NCBI GenBank assembly: GCA_002269645.1
Contig: NIVC01001989.1
Span: 124,001-188,000, forward strand
Direction: 5' to 3'
DNA length: 64,000 nucleotides
Source: Macrostomum lignano
Taxonomy: Eukaryota
The notes beneath the pieces were generated by a model. That model was not told the DNA's origin and searched no databases. It saw nothing but the letters and a program-made list of their open reading frames with translations. Of the stretch, positions 49,067 to 60,200 are shown piece by piece (the stretch's first letter is position 1; the number at the start of each line of letters is the position of its first letter). Both the position numbers and the translations under genes were made by a program.

Positions 49067-51620
49067 CATCCCGTTGATAGCTACACCGTGCCTGTTAGGC
49101 TCAGACACACGAGCGGGTCGATGCTTAGCGTGAACGCACAAATCGATACTGGGGCAGGAGTTTCGGTAATGTCAAAAACGAACTGGAAACGATTGGGTTG
49201 TCCAAAGCTGACACCTACAGACACTGTTCTGACAACATACGCTGATACGCAGATGAAGGTCTTTGGAACACACGACACTGAGTTGGAGTACAATGACGAG
49301 TTCATTCCAATCACATTCTTCATTGTGGAATCGCAGAGGAACTTTGTTCTGGTTGGCCGAGACAAGCTCAATTTCACGCTAAACGCTGTAGACAACAGCT
49401 GCACATCGGCAACCCAGTCATGCGAATTTCCACCAGTAACTCTTAAGATCAAGGAAGGAACCACTCCAATTCATTGCAAACCCAGGCCGCTACCCTTCGC
49501 ACTCAGAAATCGATCGGTTGCTTGAAGAAGACACCATCAAGCCCGTCAAGTTCAGTGAATGGGCCTCACCAATTGTCGTGGTCAAGAAACCTTCTGGAAA
49601 GCTCAGACTTTGCGTCGACTACAAGGTCACAATCAATTCTCATCTTATCAACGATTCATATCCGATGCCTGCACCTGACGAAGTGATTGCAACTGCTGCT
49701 GGCAGCCGGATATACACTCGTCTGGACCTAGAGAAAGCTTATCACCAGATCCCACTAGATGAAGCTTCCAAAGAGCTGACAGTAATGTCAACACCATTTG
49801 GGATGTTCGCTTTCAACAAGCTTCCGTTCGGAGTGAAAACAGCACCTGCGATCTTCCAGCGGTACATTAGCCAAGTCCTACAAGGAATTCCTGGCGTCAT
49901 TGCCTACGTAGACGACATATTGATATGCGGCAAAGGCGTAGAACAATTGGCAGTTCGTGAGACGGAAGTATTGCATCGACTAAACCAGCAAGGATTGAAG
50001 ATCAACACGGCGAAAAGTGAATTCCGCAAGACTTCGATCAAGTTTCTAGGCTACTTATTGGAAGGAGATCAGCTCAAGCCGGACCCAGCCAAAGTGAAGG
50101 CAATCCAGGACATGACACCACCGCAGAACGTTGGCGAGCTTGAATCCTTCCTGGGTCTCGTAAATTTTAGCGGCAAGTTCATCAGAAACCAAGCTGCACT
50201 GACCAAGCCTCTCAATCGACTAAGAAAGAAAAATGAGGACTTCGTGTGGACAAAGGAGTGTCAAATAGCATTTGACGAAATCAAGGTCACTCTCTCTGAT
50301 CAATCGAGTCTTCAAATATTTGATCCGGAGAAGCCCATTGAACTGGAATGCGACAGTTCTCAGCGAGCTCTGGGCGGAGTGTTGACACAAAGCGGTCAAG
50401 TCGTGCTGTACATGAGCAAGACTCTGTCTGACGCCGAAACAAAATATTCGCAAATAGAGCGTGAAGGCCTGGCACTGGTTTGGTGCATTCAAAGATGCCA
50501 TCGGTTCTTGTATGGCCGGAGGTTCACACTGATAACTGATCACCGGCCCCTCACATACATATTCGCGCCAGACAAACAGCTGCCCACCAGAGTTTCAGCT
50601 CGACTACAACGATGGGCAATCATACTAGCTGCTTATGACTATGACATACAGTATCGACCATCAAAGCTAATGCTGTCGGATGCGCTATCTCGACTGGTGC
50701 CCGCTAAGCCGAATGCACAGACAGCATCGATCGGACTCCTAGAACCTGACAACCCCTGGGAGCGAGTGCACATTGATTTTGCTGGTCCGATAGAGGGCAA
50801 GTACCTACTCATCATTGTGGATGCGCACTCGAGCTACCCGGAAGTCTTCATCACGAGCGACATGAAAGGCCGACAGTCATTTCCAGACTTAGAAGATTGT
50901 TCTCACAACAGGGGGTGCCCAAGTGTCTCGTGTCAGACAACGGCCCTAGTTTTGTGAGCGAAGCGGTGACCGGCTGGCTCACCCAGATTGGCTGTTCGCA
51001 CATCACAACGCCCGCCTACCATCCACAGAGCAACGGCATTGCAGAGCAAATGGTGCGAACCGTCAAAGAGACAATCAAGACCAATGGTTTATCCCAAAGA
51101 AGTATTGACAGATTTCTACTGTTCTACAGAGCTGCCAAAGGGAAGCAGCAAGCATCACCGTCTGAGTTGTTGAACGGCAGACAAATACTCGTAAGACTCC
51201 CCATCTCGGAGAGCAGCACTCAGTCCAAGTGGATCCCAGGAGAATCACTCATCTACCGTGCATCGAGTTCTCATGAGCCACGAACTGTGAGATTCGCCAA
51301 AATGCTTGGCAGCAACACAGCAGTCGTCACCACAGAGACTGGACGAAATCTAAAGACCCACCTCGATCAACTACGAATCGGTGAGGTACATGAGGCTCAC
51401 GGGAACTACGGAAATGGGGGATTCCAAGCCCGGTGGCAACGGTCCAAGTGACGACGGCCAACAGACGCGTCCGTCATCGACAGACACTGAGACACTACCG
51501 GGAACAGAACAAGCTGAGAGAGCACAACAGCAACAGACTGAGGCCGGAGTTCAATCCAAGCCGTCACCCAGGCGAAGCGAACGCTTGGCCAAGAAAACTA
51601 GAATTTTTTATCGCACCTGA
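49067..51620 (+). pseudogene. pol: pol (protease, RT, RNase H, integrase core) with frameshifts and deletions
   Basis: Protease IDTGA; RT LRLCVDYK, LPFG, YVDD; RNase H CDSS, ERE, TDH; integrase HIDFAGP, SDNG, NGIAE. Frame breaks near 49505, 50875 and about 51380. Confidence 0.88.
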
Positions 51621-51656
51621 GTGATAATTGTACACCTACCTATAGAAGAGGGAGGG

Positions 51657-51814
51657 TGTTGTGGGTTGATGGCTTTGCCATAGACATTTTTGTTACGCGA
51701 CTGCGTTGATGAATTGAACCATGCTATTGAGTCATGAAATAAATGATAGACGCGTCAGAGGTCAACAGACCGCTAGACTGACAATTGCCAAAGGCTAAAG
51801 CCAAAAGCACAACA
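51657..51814 (+). repeat. 3' LTR
   Basis: 157/158 identical to the 5' LTR (GTCATG versus GTTATG). Confidence 0.95.
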
Positions 51815-52265
51815 GTAGTGACACAAGAGCGCAGATCATTTTGACGGTAGTGACACAAGAGCGCAGACCATTTCGACGGTAGTGACACAAGAGCGCAGAC
51901 CATTTCGACGGTAGTGACACAAGAGCGCAGACCATTTTGACGGTAGTGACACAAGAGCGCAGACCATTTCGACGGTAGTGACACAAGAGCGCAGACCATT
52001 TCGACGGTAGTGACACAAGAGCGCAGACCATTTCGACGGTAGTGACACAAGAGCGCAGACCATTTCGACGGTAGTGACACAAGAGCACAGACCATTTCGA
52101 CGGTAGTGACACAAGAGCGCAGACAATTTTGACGGTAGCTTAAACCGTGTCTATTTGTGTAAAGAAACTGACTACGTGCAGAATACAAGTGTACGGAAGC
52201 AGTGTCACAAGAGCGCAGACCATTTCGATGGAAGTGTCACAAAAGCGCAGACCATTTCGACGGTA
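51815..52265. repeat. 32-bp minisatellite hosting the LTR element (left remnant about 47810..47876)
   Basis: (GTAGTGACACAAGAGCGCAGACCATTTCGACG)n continues in register on both sides of the insertion. Confidence 0.9.
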
Positions 52266-54239
52266 GAAAAAGAGAAAAAAATGCATTAACAGGCATGCGA
52301 AACGAGTCGTAAATATATTTTTGTACGAAATACAAAGACGAGTAATTAAAAGTAAAATAATAAAATAATTTGCAACTGCGAGTCCATACATGTAGTTACC
52401 TGGTGCCACGTAATGAAGGTCCAGATCAGAAGCTCCGCCTGGGTGAAGGCCAGTGACCAACGAAGTCAGAGCTGATGCAGACCCATGTGATCCACGTGCT
52501 GATGAAATTTGGAGGCTTGGCAAGGCTGCACTGAGGCGCAGTGCTGATTGGCACACAGGGATGTATTGAAGACACTACAGAATAAAATTGACCTCCGGTT
52601 GAATCTTCGAATGTCTTGACGGTCCAGAGGGCTGGCAACTTGATTCTTGTTTGAGAAGGTGCGCACCAAAAAGTTATAACCCGTATTCTTGCATTTCGAA
52701 TGCCTGCGTTGCTCCGTTCGGGTGCAGAAAAAACAATTGTCAAAAAATGTCTCTAAGTTCGATGGGCGGAAAATGGCTTTGTATTTCTACTGTTTCAAGC
52801 CTCGTAAATCAATTCTTGCTTTAAAGAAGCTCTTTTAAAGTTTTAACCATTTAAAATCAATTCATTTGATTTAAATTTCGTAAATTGACAATTCAAACCT
52901 ATCGGGCAGCTCTTTGTTAAAATTGGTTCGATTAAAAAAATTATAAGAATCAGTGGCATTTTTCTAGGAAAGTGAACAAACTTTTCAGAATGAGTTAGCT
53001 CGTATATTATTATATTAAAGTAGGTTTTATGCATTATCCATTACATAGCAAAATACAGAATACAGGATAGCTACACGATATGACTGAAATGTCCTGTATT
53101 GAAAAAGCTTGAAACTCGACAAAACGCTTTTTAGATATGAAACTCGGTCTAAGTCGAGTTGAAACTCGAAGAGTCGAGCACACACCGAAACCTATTCTAG
53201 AGAGATGGCTGTTCAATTTTAAGTATCATTCGTCACCGTCAATGCCATTTGCAGTTTTTTAAGCGATTTGAGTATTGAGCGGCAAAGTACATTATTGAGA
53301 TCTGGCTTTGGGTCCATACGACGTGCCAATCACCAGGATTTCTGAAGTCCAGGTGCACCAATAGTAAGCAAACTGAGTAGTAATGAAAAAGAGCAATAAA
53401 CTTCAGCAATTCACAGATCCTCTGATAACTGCGGATGCGTTTTAATGCATTTCAAGACAAGAATCATTTATTGGCCCTCTGACCACTAGCTGAACCCCTC
53501 CGACTAAACCCCTTCGCCTTTCCACACAAAATCTCTGCCCCCATTTTTATTGCCCTCCTCGGTGTTGCAGCCTAAAGCTGGCATGTACATTCTCAGTTGC
53601 ACTGACTGGCCTAATGTACATTATAGCTGCACCAATAGCCAGTTGTTTGCGTCTGCGAGTCACTCCAACTGCTGCCTGTCTTTTCATAGAATAGCTTACA
53701 CATCCTTCCTTACTACTGAGCTGGAAGTAGAGAAACTGTTATGCCAATTACACGCCTGCCTAAGTGGTTCATCTACGGTTGCCCAGCCTGTTCAAACAGC
53801 GTGTGCTCTCTAGCGTTGCTAGAGTCATTAATAATATTAACGGTAGCTATATAGATAGTATGTGTTTTGGATAACCAATCAAGAATAATGTTGTGTACTT
53901 AAGAGGCATAGAGGCGAGTTCGAGCGAAAGATCAAAAGTCCGTCTACTCGTAGACAGCTTCATTAGGATAGATGAGGAGCTTCAATTTGGCTAATTATTA
54001 ATCTAATTATTAATGTTCCTTTACGTAATACTGTTAAAACTAATGACGCATCGGATGCACAATATTGACACAGCGACAACCTAAGGAAGCTATATTAAAT
54101 TTAGCGTTTCAGTAGATTTTTGTGGGTGCTTGCAATTATCTGACCGACATATTTTCAGAATTAGAAGCACACCCAGCATGCTCCGTGGCTTTATATTGTA
54201 AAATCGAAATCCAATTTTATTCAGTACCTAATTGCTCGC

Positions 54240-57200
54240 CTACTCATCATACTCATTCACAAGTACACTAGTGGAGCCTGCAGGAGTCGATACATTCGCC
54301 AGCAGGTCGTACTCATCCTCAACTACTCCAAAGTAAGTTGTAGGAGTCGATGCACTCGCCAGCAGGTCGTACTCATCCTCAACTACTCCAACGTGAGTTG
54401 CAGGAGTCGATACATTCGCCAGCAGGTCGTACTCATCCTCAACTACTCCAATGTGAGTTGTAGGAGTCGATGCACTCGCCAGCAGGTCGTACTCATCCTT
54501 AACTACTCCAATGTGAGTTGCAGGAGTCGATGCACTCGCCAGCAGGTCGTACTCATCCTCAACTACTCCAACGTGAGTTGCAGGAGTCGATGCACTCGCC
54601 AGCAGGTCGTACTCATCCTCAACTACTCCAAAGTAAGTTGCAGGAGTCGATGCACTCGCCAGCAGGTCGTACTCATCCTCAACTACTCCAACGTGAGTTG
54701 CAGGAGTCGATGCACTCGCCAGCACGTCGTACTCATTCTCAACTACTCCGGAGTGTGGCTTGACAATTGGAGGAGTACCACTCCCGCGGTGGCATGAATG
54801 CCCGTCAACAACCGCTCTCGGGGATTTCTGGGACAGTTTGGACAGAGCAATGAATTCGCTGTTACATATGCCATCCGCATCAGCTTTGACAGGTAGCTCT
54901 TTCGCTGCATTGCGACGACAGCAGAGCAATCTAAACGAGACGCAGAGACCAGAAAAAACCAACAAGCTGCCCAGAATGAAGCTCGTTAGAAACTGCGGCA
55001 AGCCAAAACCTCCCGGATTGTCGTCTTCTGCAATGGTTTCGGCATTCAAATACATGCCTAATGTGTTAAATAAAAGTGGTCACCCAGTCAGTCAGTGGTC
55101 ACCCATGTAGATGACCTGTTTGTACAATATTCTTCGTACAAGCTTAGAGACTAAATGTATAGGCTCGTTCAGACCATTTTCAAATGAGACCAGTTTTGGA
55201 ATGATCATGCGGCTTATACATATTTTTCGTGGCTATGCAAACCAGGAGTGACAATGTTCGTTTGATTCATCATGATTCACGAAGACCATTCTCACCTTGC
55301 GATGGCCTGCCAAGTGTCGAACTGACAGTGTCCAGGATGAGCCCTGACTGATTCACCAGACAATGGACGGACGCCGAATCAGCCCACTCCTTCGGAACAA
55401 TCAGCGAAAACGTGCTGCTTGTGTTACTCGACTGAAAGTGGTGCAGTTTTATATTTCTTATTAGTATGAATGCAAAGATAGCTATTTGAATTTTTAGCAA
55501 ACGAGCCATCCTATACTTGAAGTAGATTATCCTGCAATTGTTCTTTTCGACAAAGAGAATTTCCAACTACTTAAGCTATAGAATGGATCCCGAAGCCGAC
55601 TAAAACAACTAGAATGGGACCTAGATGAGATGTCTTGGCGTTTCTAGTCGATTGTTCTGATAAGTTATCAATTGCAGCTTTGCTTCTATAGCTTAATTTG
55701 ACATCCTCTTTGTAGTGATCCGCTAGTTTGGTGTTAGGCGTCGCACTATTGTCAGCGGCTTCCCTCGCCCTCGCCCTCGCCCTAAGTCGCTGTCTGCCGC
55801 TGGTCAGCCTCCCTCCCTTTTTTCTGCCTGTTCTCTGTCGCCCCCCATCTCTTCTCTGGGCTCTTGCTTGCAGCCACGAGCTTCTCTGCTGTGGCCTGCT
55901 CTGCGTTTCGTTCCTGTCCTGAGATCAAGCTGGCGGCCTGTTTCCCTTGTCAGGTGAGCAAGTCACTTGACAAGTCTTGTTTTCTCGAAGTCCTAAAGTG
56001 CAGTAGACATGTTTACTGTACTTGTTGGCCCATGTTTACAGGAGGAATCACGTGCTTCAGGGCCCTTGCCTTCTCTAAGGTAATAGGTGACTCATGTTTC
56101 TAAAAATAGATAATGAGTCATGCGGCCCTGTGCACTTTACCCGCAGACCCTGCCTTCTCTAAGGCACGAGGTCCGGCGCACACTGGCGCAGCGGGGATTC
56201 CCCTATAAATACGTGCCCCTCACCCTTGGTTCAGTCAAGGAGTTCTTCTTTAGTCTAGTTTTCCAGACTTCGTTCAGTTGCCCATTTAAGCTATCTGTAA
56301 TTGGCCTGACTAAACTTAGACGCCGAAGCCTAAGGGAGGCTAACACTGCCTTCTCAGCCACCCGCTGAGCCCGGCGAGATCTGCTGAACAGGACAGGACG
56401 CCTTGTTCATTAATCTTCAGATCTGCACGCTGTGCTGAGTTCCTTGACTTGTTTATTTCGTTCCGACGGGAAGCTCACCTCACCGAAGGCCGAGACATGA
56501 AGGAACTGGTGGCAGCACTACCGACGCTACTAAGAGCTAATAAGAAAGCTTCCGAGAGAAGAGGCTCGAGACTTAAGGTAAAGCTTAAGTGACTAAATCG
56601 GGAAGCAAAAAGCGATCTACTTCGTTGGTGGCAGCGGTGGGATTCAAAGACCTACCATGCCACCTTGAGACAACCCTAAGTACTTCATCTTTTATCAATA
56701 GTGCACTTTCAGACTTGAGGAAGGGTAGCTGTGGTGCACTGTCGGACCTGAGGAAGGGTAGCTGTGGTGCACTGTCGGACCTGAGGGAGGGTAGCTGTGG
56801 TGCGCTGTCGGATCTGAGGAAGGGTAGCTGTGGTGCACTGTCGGACCTGAGGGAGGGTAGCTGTGGTGCGCTGTCGGATCTGAGGAAGGGTAGCTGTGGT
56901 GCACTGTCGGACCTGAGGGAGGGTAGCTGTGGTGCGCTGTCGGATCTGAGGAAGGGTAGCTGTGGTGCACTGTCGGACCTGAGGGAGGGTAGATGTGGTG
57001 CACTGTCGGATCTGAGGAAGGGTAGCTGTGGTGCACTGTCGGACCTGAGGGAGGGTAGCTGTGGTGCACTGTCGGACCTGAGGGAGGGTAGATGTGGTGC
57101 ACTGTCGGACCTGAGGGAGGGTAGATGTGGTGCACTGTCGGACCTGAGGGAGAGTGGCGCACACCTCAAAAGACAAATTAGTCGCTTACAGACACAGATG

Positions 57201-60200
57201 TCAGACGACTCCGCCCATGCCTATGCTTTAGGTGGCAGGTGTGGGTTGTAGCCAAACAACTTCTGCTCCGAAGAGTTGGAATCGTGCTCACAGTGAATGT
57301 GAATGTGAAGCCAGGCCGCCAATCAGTTTCTGGCGGCTGATTGAACAGCGTTTTGCACGAATCTGCGGGAGATTGTGGAGACGGTACTTGCACTATCTAG
57401 TGGCTATATCTGGACTTGAACCTGTGTCCTTCGGTGCAAGAGAGCAATGTAGGGGACTCGCCCTCTGTAAAACACTGAACGGTACAAAAAGGCTGAGTGC
57501 TATGCAGTTTCACAGTGAGCGCGCACAAATCAACTTCGGTATGCTCTCGGTTATTTGCGACTCCTCCGAAGTTCTCTCCAGAGAGTAGGCGCACGAAATG
57601 CTCCCGCCGACCATCGACTCGTTGACTCGTAGGCTGAACGTGCTGCTGCGAAATTCCAGTCCGTCACCCACGTCAGTCAACTGCGGGATTCAGTGAATTG
57701 AATGTATTGAAGTGCACTTAAGTGTGGTTCATTGTCTTGGGTTGCAATTGGAGTCGACTGGAATGCATTGGAGTGTGTTGCAGTGCAGCCCAAACTACCT
57801 CTTCTGCACCCCAACGAACCACAAAGAGCTGAGGATAAAGTCCCATCCCACTCAACATAAAAATCCCCGACTCGAACATTGTCATGCTTGGTCTCCAAGA
57901 TCAGCTTCGCCGAGCCAGCTCGATCAATCAGCAGGCAGTGGTGCAGCGGCCTTGGAAACGCCGGCTCGGTGCTGAAGGTCACCAGCGCTTCGGTCCCCAC
58001 GACCCACACGGATCCGCCCATGTCCAGATGAACAGCTTTCGGCTTTGCTGCGGAGTATTTTGAGTAAAAATTATTTACTTTTTACTTATGCTTCTGCTGC
58101 CTAAAATGACTCTTGAGACGCATAAATGATCATGAGCAAACAAATCGCTCAAAAAGAAGAATTCTGTACTCGCAAATCGTGTAATTTTTACTGCAGAATA
58201 CATTAGCTAGATAGGGCTTCGGAGTTTCCTTGACCCAAATGTCAAGCTTCAGAGAAACTATATTTGTTAATTTCATACAGTACTAGAACAGACAGGGTCC
58301 ACGAGATTTGCCCATAGAAGATTTGCCCGCAATGCTTTTTTCCTGCAGCGCATTTTTCCACGTGGCAGATTTTGTCTGCACTGCCTCCCCAATGCTTAGT
58401 AAGTCTTATTAAAGATATTTGGGGAACAAAGCGACATGGAATATGCATGAATTAATAGATGCATGTATATATAGAACTGAGTACCTACAAGAAAAATATA
58501 AACTTGATATGCAGTTACTATCAATGGGTTTTGATCGGATAAATGTCTTTATTAAGACTTAATAAGCATTAGGGGGCATGCAAAATATAGCTGTCACGTG
58601 ACTAAATGCGCCGCAAGAAAAAAAGCATTTCGGGCAAATCTCGGCAGGAAAAAAACTCGGCGGGCAATTCACTCGCGGGCAAATTCCACTGCGGACAAAG
58701 CTCGGCGGGCAATTCGTCTGCGAGCAATTCTCGTGCTCCCGAACAGAATACTCAGAAATTCACCTGAAACTCGTTGTTCTAGAACTGGTTGTTAAATAAT
58801 GAAGCAGTGAAGCACAGCTACCCTCCCTCACGTCCGACATTGCACCACTCCCACAGCTACAATCCCTCAGGTCCGACAGTGCACCACAGCTACCCTTCCT
58901 CAGGTCCGACAGTGCACCACAGCTACCCTTCCTCAGGTCCGACAGTGCACCACAGCTACCCTTCCTCAGGTCGACAGCGCACTACAGCTACCCTCCCTCA
59001 GGTCGACAGCGCACTACAGCTACCCTACTTAACGTAGGAAAATTAACGATTTGAAAGTGCAGCGAACTTCTTGTTTGCTTGATTTTCTATTGTAGAAGCA
59101 CGAATGCATGTACAGAAGAACCGGGCTGCCTACAGATGAACCCGATCGTCCTATTGAATCGGCCACTGGCTCCGCTGGCGCACCGGAAGCTGCAGTCCAA
59201 TTGACTGTTGCGAAATCGGCCGTTGATCGTCAGCAGGTAGGCCGCCGCACTGCCTGCGGCTTCCTAAAAATATTGTAAAAGTCATTCACGTGTACCACTG
59301 AAAACTGCTTTTTTAGAAAGCCAGTTCCTCTTTCTCGTTCTGTTTACTGTTTTATAGCTTTTTTCTTTTGGTGCCATCCTAAGGGAGCGCTCCTCCTTTC
59401 TGGAGACCTCCCTTTGTGCGCCAGTCACGTGGTGGCCCTACTCCCTCTACATGCATCACGTACCAGTTACGCTCGTAGGTTGGTGCTGCTTGATAACCTC
59501 CTGCAAACAGCTTTCGACAAGCAAACATCCTGCAAGCAAACATCCTGCAAGCAAACTTCCAGCAAACAAGCATCCTGCAAAAAAGCATCCTGAAAACAAA
59601 CGTCCTGCAAACAAACATTCTGCAAAAACATCCTGCAAACAAACATCCTGCAAGCAAACATCCTGCAAGCAAACATCCTGCAAGCAAACATCCTGCAAGC
59701 AAACATTCTGCAAACAAACATCCTGCAAGCAAACATCCTGCAAGCAAACATCCTGCAAGCAAACATTCTGCAAGCAAACATCCTGCAAACAAACATCCTG
59801 CAAGCAAACATCCTGCAAGCAAACATCCTGCAAGCAAACATCCTGCAAACAAACATCCTGCAAGCAAACATCCTGCAAACAAACATCCTGCAAACAAACA
59901 TCCTGCAAACAAACATCCTGCAAGCAAACATCCTGCAAACAAACATCCTGCAAACAAGCATCCTGCAAGCAAACATCCTGCAAGCAAACTTCCAGCAAAC
60001 AAACACCCTGCAAGCAAACATCCTGAAAACAAACATCCTGCAAACAAACATCCAGCAAGCAAACATCCTGCAAGCAAACTTCCAGCAAACAAACACCCTG
60101 CAAGCAAACATCCTGAAAACAAACATCCTGCAAACAAGCATCCTGCAAGCAAACATCCTGTAAGCAAACTTCCAGCAAACAAACATCCTGCAAGCAAACT

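Larger units (their letters stand above)
47877..51814 (+). mobile_element. Ty3/Gypsy (Mag-like) LTR retrotransposon, both LTRs present, coding region defective
   Basis: 158-bp LTRs (TGTTGTG...CACAACA) differ at one base. 5-bp TSD GTAGT (47872-47876 and 51815-51819). PBS TGGCGTCGG after the 5' LTR and PPT AGAAGAGGGAGGG before the 3' LTR. Domain order gag-PR-RT-RH-IN. Confidence 0.95.

Noticed and set aside
52400-52750. FN3-like word LVTGLHPG with a donor at about 52400
   Set aside because: The conserved Tyr and Trp are missing, the frames conflict, and I could not link it to a gene.
56335-56400. Twister-ribozyme-like words (CTAACACTGCC ... AGCCCGG)
   Set aside because: The P4 stem and pseudoknot partners cannot be formed; probably chance.
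57330-57460. tRNA or SINE head on the minus strand (B box GGTTCAAGTCC)
   Set aside because: No A box or cloverleaf at the expected distance.
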